Origin: Enhydrobacter aerosaccus
GTDB taxonomy: Bacteria > Pseudomonadota > Alphaproteobacteria > Reyranellales > Reyranellaceae
DNA length: 64,000 nucleotides
Assembly (NCBI GenBank): GCA_903832005.1
Contig: CAIKZO010000132.1
Location: forward strand, 26,035 to 90,034
Direction of reading: 5' to 3'
Position 1 is the stretch's first letter. Each line of letters begins with the position of its first letter. A program made the translations under genes and the position numbers. The notes under the pieces were generated by a model that was not told where the DNA came from, searched no databases, and saw only the letters and a list, made by a program, of their open reading frames with translations. Below, piece by piece: positions 39,716 to 48,713 of the stretch.

Positions 39716-41488
39716 TCAGAGCTTTTCGAGTTCGTCGACGAAGCCCGAAATCACGCCCAGCCCCTTGTCCCAGAAGGCGGGATCGGACGCATCGAGGCCG
39801 AACGGCGCCAGCAGCTCCTTGTGCCGCTTCACGCCGCCCGCCTTCAGCATGTCCAAGTACTTCGCCTGAAAGTCCGGCAGACCCGACTGATAGACGGCAT
39901 AGAGCGAGTTCACGAGGCAATCGCCGAACGCATAGGCATAGACGTAGAACGGCGAGTGGATGAAGTGGCCGATATACGACCAGTAGTGCTTGTACTCATC
40001 GTCGAAGGTGAAAGCCGGTCCCAGGCTCTCCTTCTGTACCGCCATCCAGATCTCGCCGATCGCATCCGGCGTCAATTCGCCCTCGCGGCGCTTCGCATGC
40101 AGGCGCGACTCGAAATCGTAGAACGCGATCTGGCGCACGACCGTGTTCAGCATGTCCTCGACCTTACCGGCCAGCATCGCCTTACGCGTCTTTGCGTCCG
40201 GCGCCGACTTCAGCATCGACTGGAAGGTCAGCATCTCGCCGAACACCGACGCGGTCTCGGCGAGCGTGAGCGGCGTGTCCGCCATCAGCGGTCCCTGCCC
40301 CGCCGCCAGTACCTGGTGCACGCCATGGCCCAGCTCATGAGCGAGCGTCGCCACGTCCCGCACCTTTCCCTGGTAGTTCAGCAGCAGGAACGGATGCGAC
40401 GACGGCACGGTCGGATGTGCGAAGGCGCCCGGCGACTTGCCGGGGCTCGCGGGTGCGTCGATCCAACCGGTGCCGAAGAACTTCTGGCCGACATCGGCCA
40501 GCTCCGGCGAGAAGGCGCGATAGGCACCGAGCACGGTCTGCTCCGCCTCGGCCCACGGGATCGTGCGGTCGTCATGCTCGGGCAGCGGCGCGTTGCGATC
40601 CCAGTAGGGCATCGTGTCTACGCCGAACCATTTGGCCTTGAGCTTGTAGTAGCGATGCGCGAGGCGCGGATAGGCGGCCTTCACCGCAGAGGCGAGCGCA
40701 TCAACGACTTCGTCCTCGACCACGTTCGACAGGTTCCGCGCCGACTGCGGCCGCGGATACTTGCGCCAGCGGTCGTCGATTTCCTTGTCCTTGATCAGCG
40801 TATTGGTGATCAGCGAGAAGACCGCGATATTGTCGCCCTGCACCTTGCCGAAGGACTTGGCGGCGTCCTTGCGCACATCGGCATCCTTGTTCGACATCTT
40901 GTCGAGGATCTGCGGCTCGCTCAGCATCTCGTTGCGGAACGGATAGCGCAGCCGCGCGATCGTCTCGTCGAACAGGCGCGACCAGGCGGCACCGCCGACG
41001 ACGGATTGATCGTGCAGCAGCTTCTCGAGTTCGTCGGACAGCTGATGCGGCCGGAACACGCGACGATCGCGCAGCCACGGGCCGTACTTGGCGAGCGCCG
41101 GCTCCTTCATCTTGGTCGCGAGGTCGGCATCCTCGATCTTGTTCAGCTCGAGGCCGAGGAACACGAGCTTGGCGTAAATGTCGTTCAGCTTCTCGGAGAC
41201 ATCCTGGGCAAAGCGGCCGCGCTCGGAGTCCGCCTGATTCTGCGCATAGTAGAGCTGGGCGTAGGAGCCGATGCGGCCCATCCGGTCCGACATCGTCTCA
41301 TACCGTACGATGGCGCCCGCCAGCGCCTTGCCGTCGAGCCCGACTATCTTGCCTTCGTAGTCCTTGGCAAAGGCTTCCGACTCCTCGGCCGCGCGCTTAA
41401 GATCGGCCTGCAGATCGGCGCCGGCGGGGCTCGAATAGAGGTCGGTCAGTTTCCAGGTCGGCAGATCGCCCAGCGCGGCATTCATCAA
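39716..41488 (-). CDS. M3-family oligoendopeptidase (PepF-like)
   Basis: HELGHGVH zinc motif, 590 aa, M3B-like. Confidence 0.85.
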   Translation of the reverse strand: MMNAALGDLPTWKLTDLYSSPAGADLQADLKRAAEESEAFAKDYEGKIVGLDGKALAGAIVRYETMSDRMGRIGSYAQLYYAQNQADSERGRFAQDVSEKLNDIYAKLVFLGLELNKIEDADLATKMKEPALAKYGPWLRDRRVFRPHQLSDELEKLLHDQSVVGGAAWSRLFDETIARLRYPFRNEMLSEPQILDKMSNKDADVRKDAAKSFGKVQGDNIAVFSLITNTLIKDKEIDDRWRKYPRPQSARNLSNVVEDEVVDALASAVKAAYPRLAHRYYKLKAKWFGVDTMPYWDRNAPLPEHDDRTIPWAEAEQTVLGAYRAFSPELADVGQKFFGTGWIDAPASPGKSPGAFAHPTVPSSHPFLLLNYQGKVRDVATLAHELGHGVHQVLAAGQGPLMADTPLTLAETASVFGEMLTFQSMLKSAPDAKTRKAMLAGKVEDMLNTVVRQIAFYDFESRLHAKRREGELTPDAIGEIWMAVQKESLGPAFTFDDEYKHYWSYIGHFIHSPFYVYAYAFGDCLVNSLYAVYQSGLPDFQAKYLDMLKAGGVKRHKELLAPFGLDASDPAFWDKGLGVISGFVDELEKL

Positions 41489-41547
41489 AAACTCCTTGGC
41501 TGTCCCAGATATGGGGCGTTCCCCGTCATCTGACTAGAGCTTTACCT

Positions 41548-41594
41548 CCTCCCCATTCAAATGGGGAGGTGGCGCGCAGCGCCGGAGGGGTCAG
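41548..41594. repeat. Left 47-bp terminal inverted repeat of DUF559 unit
   Basis: CCTCCCCATTCAAATGGGGAGGTGGCGCGCAGCGCCGGAGGGGTCAG. It is the exact reverse complement of 42020..42066 and contains an internal hairpin CCTCCCCAT/ATGGGGAGG. Confidence 0.9.
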
Positions 41595-41604
41595 GCGCCT
41601 TTCG

Positions 41605-41955
41605 TCAATCGAGGCGTCCGTCCATTTCGGTGCAATGCAGAGCGGCATAAATCGTCTCCACGACTTGGTCCGTTCGCGAGAGAACATCGCCATTCCAGAA
41701 ACGGAGGACGCGGAAACCGGCCGACCGGAGAAATCCATCACGCCGCGCATCGTAGGCTTTTCTGTCTACGTGCTGGCTTCCGTCGAGTTCGACGACGATT
41801 GATCCGTCCAGGCTGGCAAAATCACAGATGTAGAGACCGATCTGATGCTGTCGACGGAATTTGAAGCCGGCCAATTGCCGTCTGCGCAAGCGACTCCAGA
41901 GGAGTCGTTCGGCGTTTGTCATCTCTTTCCGAAGACTTCGGACGTAGTGTTGCAT
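41605..41955 (-). CDS. DUF559 endonuclease-domain protein (restriction-endonuclease-like fold)
   Basis: 116 aa with DUF559 signature (...NAERLLWSRLR...FRRQ...DF......VELDG..H...). Lies exactly between the two perfect inverted repeats. Confidence 0.75.
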   Translation of the reverse strand: MQHYVRSLRKEMTNAERLLWSRLRRRQLAGFKFRRQHQIGLYICDFASLDGSIVVELDGSQHVDRKAYDARRDGFLRSAGFRVLRFWNGDVLSRTDQVVETIYAALHCTEMDGRLD

Positions 41956-42019
41956 ACGGTATTGCTACCGTCCGAGCCAGACGAAAATATGGCAGAGATA
42001 CTACCTGGACGAGCATCTT

Positions 42020-42066
42020 CTGACCCCTCCGGCGCTGCGCGCCACCTCCCCATTTGAATGGGGAGG
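42020..42066. repeat. Right 47-bp terminal inverted repeat of DUF559 unit
   Basis: CTGACCCCTCCGGCGCTGCGCGCCACCTCCCCATTTGAATGGGGAGG, the perfect reverse complement of 41548..41594. Confidence 0.9.
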
Positions 42067-42071
42067 AACGC

Positions 42072-42563
42072 TCAGACTCCCTCGGGATCGGCGGCGATGG
42101 CGTCGAGGAACGGTCCGACCAGCAGCGCGGCGAAAGGCTCGCACAGATTCGGGTCGGTCTCCTTGTAGTGACCGGCGGCATCCAGCAGGTTCATGGTGCC
42201 CAGAAGACGGCCATTGTAAAGCACGGGGATGTTCATTGCCGATTCGCAGCCCAGCGAGATGATGAGCTTATGATCGAAAAACGCCCATTCGATGTCCTTG
42301 GCGTTGTAGCCGACCCAGGCCTTCTTCTGGCCGAGGATCTGCTTGTGCCACTCGGTCTCCCGGATTTCCTTGTAGCCGCCGACCGGATATTCCTTGGGCA
42401 TGTTGGTGTAGATGCGCTTCACGCGCTTGCCGTTGGGCGCCACGTAGAGAAGCGTGAAGAGCTTGTGGCCCACCGTATCCTTGGTGCCCTGCTCGACCGC
42501 CTTGAAGATGGCGTCGGTCGGACCGCTCCTGACGGCGGCGATGCAGGTGTCGAGCGGATTCAT
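42072..42563 (-). CDS. Small GAF-like domain protein, translationally coupled to the liv permease gene
   Basis: 163-aa ORF starting MNPLDTC. Its ATG overlaps the livM stop (ATGA). GAF call made by eye, not by search. The track ORF 42072..43295 extends upstream through the livM frame. Confidence 0.5.
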   Translation of the reverse strand: MNPLDTCIAAVRSGPTDAIFKAVEQGTKDTVGHKLFTLLYVAPNGKRVKRIYTNMPKEYPVGGYKEIRETEWHKQILGQKKAWVGYNAKDIEWAFFDHKLIISLGCESAMNIPVLYNGRLLGTMNLLDAAGHYKETDPNLCEPFAALLVGPFLDAIAADPEGV

Positions 42564-43477
42564 GTTGTTCCTCCAGTTTGGGGTTTTGGCGCGCGCGGAA
42601 TGCGTTCGGGCAGCAGCCCGCGCGGCATCAGGCGCAGGACGAGAATGAGGACCACGGCGATCAACAATTCCTTGAGGGCGGCGCGTTGCACGGCCGTGAC
42701 GTAGGGAATGAACTCGACCAGGAAGCGCGCGGATTCCAGCAGGGTCATCACGAGATAGGCGCCGACCAGCGCGCCGGACGGATTGCCAACGCCGCCCGAA
42801 GCGACGCTCAGGAAGATGTACACCGTGATCAACGGCAGGAAGAGATCGGGCGCGATATAGGACGTGAAGTGCCCGTAGAGCGCGCCGGCCAGACCCGCTA
42901 TCGCGGCCGACAGAGCGAAAGCCTGCGCCTTGAATCGCAGCACCGGCTTGCCCGCAACTTGGGCCACTTGCGCATCCTCCCGGATCGCCCGCAGCGCACG
43001 GCCATACGGCGAGCGATCGATGCGCCGCATCAGCACGAACACGACGGCCAGCACGGCCAACAGGATGAGGAGATAGGCCGCATTGAAGTTCTGCCCCAGC
43101 GCCGCCTTGCCAGGGCCGGGAATGCCCGAGATACCGTCGGTGCCCTTGGTCAGCCAGATCTCGTTGGCCGCGAACAGGCGCACGACCTCCGCAAAGCCCA
43201 GGGTCACGATGGCGAGGTAATCCTCGCGCAGCCGCGTCGTCGACAGAACCACGACCAGTCCTGCCACGCCGCCCGCGATCAGTGCCAGCACCCAACCCAC
43301 GGCAATCGGCAGATGGCCCGTCGTCGTCACCAGCGCGGAGGTGTAGGCGCCCACGGCGAAGAAGCCGGCCAGGCCCAGGTTCACCATCCCCGCGCCGCCC
43401 CAGATCAGGTTGAGGCCGAGCGCCAGCAACGCATAGATGCTGCCGATGGTGGCGATGAAGAGGATGTAGTTCAGCAT
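42560..43477 (-). CDS. Branched-chain amino acid ABC transporter permease (LivM-like)
   Basis: 305 aa, multi-TM, LivM family. Confidence 0.85.
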   Translation of the reverse strand: MLNYILFIATIGSIYALLALGLNLIWGGAGMVNLGLAGFFAVGAYTSALVTTTGHLPIAVGWVLALIAGGVAGLVVVLSTTRLREDYLAIVTLGFAEVVRLFAANEIWLTKGTDGISGIPGPGKAALGQNFNAAYLLILLAVLAVVFVLMRRIDRSPYGRALRAIREDAQVAQVAGKPVLRFKAQAFALSAAIAGLAGALYGHFTSYIAPDLFLPLITVYIFLSVASGGVGNPSGALVGAYLVMTLLESARFLVEFIPYVTAVQRAALKELLIAVVLILVLRLMPRGLLPERIPRAPKPQTGGTT

Positions 43478-43479
43478 CG

Positions 43480-44340
43480 CTAGAACGCCCGCTCGCCCAG
43501 CAGGCCGCGCGGCCGCACGGAGAGCACGATCAGGATGGCGAAGAAGCCGACGGCCGCCCGGTACGGCGAGCCTACCACCAGCACCGCCAGTTCCTCCGCC
43601 ATGCCGATCAGGAAAGCGCCCAACACCGCGCCCGGGGCGCTGCCGAGACCGCCCAGCACGGCGGCGGCGAAGATCGAGAGCAGGATGCGCGCGCCGGTCA
43701 GCGGATCGATCGAGCTGTCGAGGCCGAGCAGCATGCCGCCCATGCCGACCAGCCCCATGCCGACGAAGCTCGCCATCATCGCCACGCGCTCCGGCCGGAT
43801 GCCCTTCAGCGCCGCCAGTTCGGGATTGTCAGCCGAGGCGCGCATCGCCTTGCCGATCCGCGTGAAAGCGAGCGCCGCGAACACCAGCAGCATGATCGCG
43901 AGCGCCACGCCCATCGTCTCGGTCTGCTGCGGATTTACGCGCAGCTCGCCGAAGCGCACGTCGCGCGCGATCGGCCGGTCATAGCCGCGCATGTCGTTGC
44001 CGAAGCCCAGCCGCACGACGTTCTCGAGCACGAGACCCGAGGCGATCGAGGCGATGGCCGCGGGCAAGGCGCCCTGCTTCACCAGTGGCAGATGCGCCAC
44101 CTTGTCCAGGAAGAGCCCGACGATGCCCGCCACCAGGAACGCAACCGCCAGCGAGCCCACGATCTGGAATCCGGCGGCATAAGCGGTGTAGCCCGCGAAG
44201 GCGCCGAGCGTTGCCACGCCCGAGACCGAGAAGTTGGGAAAGCGCAGCACGGCGAACATCGCCGTGAAGCCGATGGCGGGCACGGCCAACAGCGCGCCCG
44301 ACACCAGTCCGTTCAACAACGCCTGGAGAACAAGCTCCAT
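43480..44340 (-). CDS. Branched-chain amino acid ABC transporter permease (LivH-like)
   Basis: 286 aa, multi-TM, LivH family. Confidence 0.85.
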   Translation of the reverse strand: MELVLQALLNGLVSGALLAVPAIGFTAMFAVLRFPNFSVSGVATLGAFAGYTAYAAGFQIVGSLAVAFLVAGIVGLFLDKVAHLPLVKQGALPAAIASIASGLVLENVVRLGFGNDMRGYDRPIARDVRFGELRVNPQQTETMGVALAIMLLVFAALAFTRIGKAMRASADNPELAALKGIRPERVAMMASFVGMGLVGMGGMLLGLDSSIDPLTGARILLSIFAAAVLGGLGSAPGAVLGAFLIGMAEELAVLVVGSPYRAAVGFFAILIVLSVRPRGLLGERAF

Positions 44341-44344
44341 GCGA

Positions 44345-45541
44345 TCAGACGATCTTCACCAGAACCGGCTTGCCGGCCTTGATCTGCTCGTAGCGGAACT
44401 GGCAGTCGAGGATGTCGCCCTTGTCGTCGAAGTCGCACGGGCCCGAGGCGCCCGCGTAGTCGACCTTCTCGCCGGCGGCGATCGCCTTCAACCCGTCGAC
44501 GGCATTGTCGACCGGCTTGCCGCCGCCCTGCGTCACCTTGCGGATGTTGTCCTTGATGACGGTGCCGGTCGTGCCCTTGCCGATCGCCATGGCCATCAGG
44601 ACCATGTTTACATGGTCGTAGATCTGGCTGGTGTAGGGATCGGGACTGGCGAGGCCGCTCAGCTTCTTCACTCTCTCCAGCGCGCCGCTGCCTTCGGCAA
44701 CCGACGGCGCGTAGGTGTAGACGCCCTCGACCACCTCGTTCTGGCCGACCTGCTCGATCAGCTTCTGGTTGATGGCATAGGCCTGGCCGATGATCTTGCC
44801 CTTGAAGCCGGCGCGATAGAGATCCTTCAGCAACACGACCGTGTCGGGCGTGTAGCCGGCGCACAGCAAGCCGTCGGGCGCGAAGCGCATCATCTGGTCG
44901 ACCTCGGTGCGATAGGTCGTCTTCTTGTCGTCGTAGATCAGGCTGCCGTGCGAGCCGCCAGCCTTCTTGGCGACGCCGTCCATGATCTCGATGCTCGACT
45001 TGGCAAACGGTGTCTGCGGCACGAAGGTGAAGATCTTCTTGGCGCCGAGCGAGACGAGGAAATCGCCGGTGCGCGATACTTGCAGGACCGTGTTCGGCTG
45101 GGTGCGCACGAGATAACCCTGATGCGGCAGCAAGGTGATCGAATCGGCGCCCGAGACGGTGCAGAGGAAGGTCTTGTTTTCCCAGCACAGCGGCGCCACG
45201 GCGGTCGTCACCGACGAGGCCCAGGTGCCCAGGATTGCCGAGACCTTGTCGACGTCGATCAGCTTGCGGGCCGCGCGGACGCCCGCATCCGGATTGGTCT
45301 GGTCGTCCTCGCTCACCAGCACGACCTTGCGGCCGAGCACGCCACCCGCCGCATTCACTTCCTCGACCACGCCAGCCGCGGCCTTGGCCATCACCGGACC
45401 GTAGGGACCGCCTGCGCCGGTGAGCGGTGTGAGGGTCGCGATCCTGATCGGATCTGTCTGAGCGCGCAGCACGGATGGTGCGGCGACGGCGGCGACGCCG
45501 CCGAGGACCGCAACGCGGCGGCCGATACGAAAACTCATCAT
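44345..45541 (-). CDS. Branched-chain amino acid ABC transporter substrate-binding protein (LivJ/K-like)
   Basis: Signal peptide plus periplasmic-binding-protein type I fold. 398 aa. Confidence 0.85.
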   Translation of the reverse strand: MMSFRIGRRVAVLGGVAAVAAPSVLRAQTDPIRIATLTPLTGAGGPYGPVMAKAAAGVVEEVNAAGGVLGRKVVLVSEDDQTNPDAGVRAARKLIDVDKVSAILGTWASSVTTAVAPLCWENKTFLCTVSGADSITLLPHQGYLVRTQPNTVLQVSRTGDFLVSLGAKKIFTFVPQTPFAKSSIEIMDGVAKKAGGSHGSLIYDDKKTTYRTEVDQMMRFAPDGLLCAGYTPDTVVLLKDLYRAGFKGKIIGQAYAINQKLIEQVGQNEVVEGVYTYAPSVAEGSGALERVKKLSGLASPDPYTSQIYDHVNMVLMAMAIGKGTTGTVIKDNIRKVTQGGGKPVDNAVDGLKAIAAGEKVDYAGASGPCDFDDKGDILDCQFRYEQIKAGKPVLVKIV

Positions 45542-45559
45542 AGCAGGTACCCCATTCCC

Positions 45560-46297
45560 TCAGACACTGCCGGCGAGCATAGGCTGGGCCTTGCCGCCAA
45601 GAAAGAGATCGCGGACCGTCGGATCGGACGCCAGTTCTCCGGCGTGACCTTCGCGTTCCACCCGGCCTTGGACCAGCACGCAGGCGCGCGCCGACACGGC
45701 CAGCGCTTCCAGCGCGTTCTGCTCGACCATCAGGATCGCCACGCCCGACGTGTTCAGCGCAACGATCGTGCCGAACAGTTCCTCGGCCGCACGCGGGCTG
45801 AGTCCTGCCGTCGGTTCGTCGAGCAGCAGGAGCTTCGGTGCATTCATGAGCGCGATCGCCATGGCGAGAATCTGGCGTTGGCCGCCGCTCAAGGTGCGCG
45901 CCGCCGCCCGGCGCTTGTCGGCCAGCATCGGGAAGCGCTCGTAGAGTTCGGCAATGCGCTGCTTGGCATGGCGGCCATCGACGAAGCCGCCCATCTCGAG
46001 ATTCTCGGCGATGGTCATGCCGCCGAAGACGTTGCGCTCCTGCGGCACGAACGAGAGTCCCAGCCGGCTGATCTCGGGTGCGCCCAGCCCGGCGGTATCG
46101 CGATCGCGCAACCGGACCTGCCCCGCTTTCGGCCGCAGCAACCCCGCGATCAACTTCAGCAAGGTCGACTTGCCCGCGCCGTTAGGGCCGATAAGCGAGA
46201 CGATCTCGCCCTCGTCGACATGCAAGGTGGCGCCTTTGACGATTTCGTCCGCAGCGACATAGCCACCGCGCAGGTCGTTGACCACGAGCAGACTCAA
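45560..46297 (-). CDS. ABC transporter ATP-binding protein (LivF-like)
   Basis: Walker A GPNGAGKST, signature LSGGQRQ. Confidence 0.9.
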   Translation of the reverse strand: MSLLVVNDLRGGYVAADEIVKGATLHVDEGEIVSLIGPNGAGKSTLLKLIAGLLRPKAGQVRLRDRDTAGLGAPEISRLGLSFVPQERNVFGGMTIAENLEMGGFVDGRHAKQRIAELYERFPMLADKRRAAARTLSGGQRQILAMAIALMNAPKLLLLDEPTAGLSPRAAEELFGTIVALNTSGVAILMVEQNALEALAVSARACVLVQGRVEREGHAGELASDPTVRDLFLGGKAQPMLAGSV

Positions 46298-47058
46298 GCC
46301 GCCCTCCGGCCGAGATAGGCTTCGCGCACGCGATGGTCGTTCCGCACTTCATCGAACGTGCCCTGGGTCAGCACCTGCCCCTCAGCCATCACGATCACCG
46401 GATCACAGAGATGCGCGATGAAGCCCATGTCGTGCTCGATCAAGAGCACCGAGATGCCGCGCTTAGGCAATTCCAGTAGCCGCTCGCCGATCTCGTTCTG
46501 CAGGGTCGGATTCACCCCAGCCGTCGGCTCGTCGAGGAGCACCAACTTGGGTTCGGCCATGAGCGCGCGCCCGATCTCGAGCAGCTTCTTCTGACCGCCC
46601 GACAAGGCCGTCGCCGGATTGTCGATCAACCGGTCCAGCCGAAGGAAACGCGCCGTCTCCAGCGCCTTCTCGGCCAACTCGGCTTCGCGATCGCGCGCCG
46701 CTCGACTGCCGAAGATCGCGGCCATCAGGCCTTCGCCCGGTTGGTCGCGGCCATAGAGCATCAAATGCTGGAACACCGAGAGCTTGGGAAAGCCGCGAGC
46801 GACTTGGAACGTGCGCAGGAGTCCGGCGCGGCTGATGACGTCAGGGGCCCGGCCACCCAGTTCGCGGCCGTCGAAGCGGACCGACCCCGCGTCGGGCGGC
46901 ACCAACCCTGACACGACATTGAAGAGCGTCGTCTTGCCCGCACCGTTCGGCCCGATAAGCCCCGTGATCCCGCCCACCTCGACCGCGAAGTCGACACCGC
47001 GCAGGACTTCCAGCCCATAGAAGGAGCGGCGCAGGCCTTTGAGTTCGAGGAGGGGCAT
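46294..47058 (-). CDS. ABC transporter ATP-binding protein (LivG-like)
   Basis: Walker A GPNGAGKTT, signature LSGGQKK, LivG-type C-terminal extension. Confidence 0.9.
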   Translation of the reverse strand: MPLLELKGLRRSFYGLEVLRGVDFAVEVGGITGLIGPNGAGKTTLFNVVSGLVPPDAGSVRFDGRELGGRAPDVISRAGLLRTFQVARGFPKLSVFQHLMLYGRDQPGEGLMAAIFGSRAARDREAELAEKALETARFLRLDRLIDNPATALSGGQKKLLEIGRALMAEPKLVLLDEPTAGVNPTLQNEIGERLLELPKRGISVLLIEHDMGFIAHLCDPVIVMAEGQVLTQGTFDEVRNDHRVREAYLGRRAA

Positions 47059-47074
47059 TATTTGAATCGTACCA

Positions 47075-47473
47075 CTATTTACGACCGCGTTGCTTGAAGA
47101 ACTCAGGGTTCGCCCATGGAACCTCCGCCATCCATTGACGAAAATATTCGTCTTGCCGAACGGTCATGCCCACCCCGAGAGGCCTCATCTTTTTGTCGTT
47201 GGGATAAAGAAGCAGGTACGAACGATCGATGTGCTTCGCCGCGATATCTTTCCGCAGCATGCGCCTCGTGCCAAAAGGCAGGCCGTTATTAACTTCAGCG
47301 TAATCTGCAGTAAGCGTCACGCGATACGTAAGAACGCCGCGAATAATAAAGCTTCCCATTAAGAATAAGGCGAGGCCTGAACAAACCACGGGAATTGGCT
47401 TCTTAATGACATCAAAGAGCGACACTGCTGCTGCGACCCCGCCCAGCGATGCCATCAATGTCCCGCCTACCAA
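47075..47473 (-). CDS. Hypothetical small membrane protein (two TM helices plus ~80-aa soluble domain), low-GC islet
   Basis: 132-aa ORF in a ~470-bp stretch whose GC is roughly 50% versus ~67% background. Architecture resembles bPH_2/YdbS-like proteins; that call is by eye only. Confidence 0.4.
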   Translation of the reverse strand: MVGGTLMASLGGVAAAVSLFDVIKKPIPVVCSGLALFLMGSFIIRGVLTYRVTLTADYAEVNNGLPFGTRRMLRKDIAAKHIDRSYLLLYPNDKKMRPLGVGMTVRQDEYFRQWMAEVPWANPEFFKQRGRK

Positions 47474-47536
47474 GCAAAATACGGTAAGCCAAAATCGCGT
47501 CTTATAGACGTGTTTGCCCAGCTGCCCGCTCCATGG

Positions 47537-48505
47537 TCACAACCGATTATACGCCTTAAACCACTCGACGAACCTGGGGATGCCCTCTTCGACCGGAACT
47601 TTCGGCGTCCAGCCGAAATCACGGGTCGTCTCGGTAATATCGGCGGAGGTTTCGAGCATGTCGCCAGGCTCGCCCTGATGCAGCTCGACCACGGCTTTCT
47701 TGCCCAACGCCTTCTCGAACAGCTCGATGATGTGGGCGATGTCCTCGCTGCCGGCGGCGCCGAGATTGTACAGCCGGTGGCTGGGCGCGGCGGCCGGACT
47801 GTCGAGCACGGCCAGAGTGCCGGCCACGATATCGTCGATGTAGCTGAAGTCGCGCCGGGCAAAGCCCAGGTGGAACAGCTTGATGACCGCGCCTTCGTGG
47901 ATCGCCTTGGCGAAGATATACGGCGCCATGTCGGGGCGCCCCCACGGACCATAGACCGTGAAGTAGCGCAGGCCCGTCGCCTTGAGCTTGTGCAGGTGGA
48001 CGTAGCTCTCGACCAGCAGCTCGCCCGCCCGCTTGGTCGCGGCATAGACCGACACCGGACGATCGACCCGGTCGCCCACCGCGAAGGGAAGCTTCCGGTT
48101 GCCGCCGTAGACCGAGGAGGACGAGGCGTAGACAAAATGCTTCAGGCCAGGAAGGCGCCGCGCCAGCTCGACCATGACCAGATGGCCCATCACGTTGGTC
48201 TGCACGTAGATGTACGGGTCGTTCACCGACGCCCGCACGCCGGGCTGGGCCGCGAGATGGACGATGCGGTCGATGTGCTTATGGCTGTCCGCCAAAGCCA
48301 GCGTCGCATCGCGGTCGGAGATGTCGCCTTCGATGAAGGTGAAGCTCCTGTCCTCGCGCAGCGGCTTCAGCCGGGCGAACTTCAGGATCGGGTCATAATA
48401 GGGGCTGAAATTGTCGATGCCGACGACCTGCTCGCCCCTGGCCAGCAACGCGCGCGCGACTTGGGAACCGACGAAGCCGGCGACACCAGTGACAAGGACG
48501 GGCAT
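47537..48505 (-). CDS. NAD-dependent nucleotide-sugar epimerase (UDP-glucuronate/UDP-glucose 4-epimerase-like)
   Basis: VLVTGVAGFVGS Rossmann motif, YAATK catalytic motif. 322 aa. Confidence 0.85.
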   Translation of the reverse strand: MPVLVTGVAGFVGSQVARALLARGEQVVGIDNFSPYYDPILKFARLKPLREDRSFTFIEGDISDRDATLALADSHKHIDRIVHLAAQPGVRASVNDPYIYVQTNVMGHLVMVELARRLPGLKHFVYASSSSVYGGNRKLPFAVGDRVDRPVSVYAATKRAGELLVESYVHLHKLKATGLRYFTVYGPWGRPDMAPYIFAKAIHEGAVIKLFHLGFARRDFSYIDDIVAGTLAVLDSPAAAPSHRLYNLGAAGSEDIAHIIELFEKALGKKAVVELHQGEPGDMLETSADITETTRDFGWTPKVPVEEGIPRFVEWFKAYNRL

Positions 48506-48713
48506 GAAATCGCTTAAAGAAATCCGAAGGGCGGGAAATGGTCGGCGGCGCTGATTACAACATTTCGTCCCGGGACGACACCGTGAAACGTCACGCTAGG
48601 CCGGCCGGTCGGCGAGTCAGAAAACGTTCTTTTTGAACGGCCCCTGCGTTCCTCGTTGAAACGCGCAACAATCTGTCGCTACCGTCCCCATATCAACCAC
48701 CAAGGAGGTTGCC

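Noticed and set aside
39581-41533. 650-aa plus-strand ORF antisense to the ABC1 kinase and pepF genes
   Set aside because: Antisense artefact of high-GC coding DNA.
42072-43295. 407-aa minus-strand track ORF
   Set aside because: A composite. Its 5' portion is an out-of-frame read through the LivM permease gene. Only the terminal 163 codons form a plausible separate gene.
44234-46318. 694-aa plus-strand ORF antisense to the liv SBP and ATPase genes
   Set aside because: Antisense artefact.
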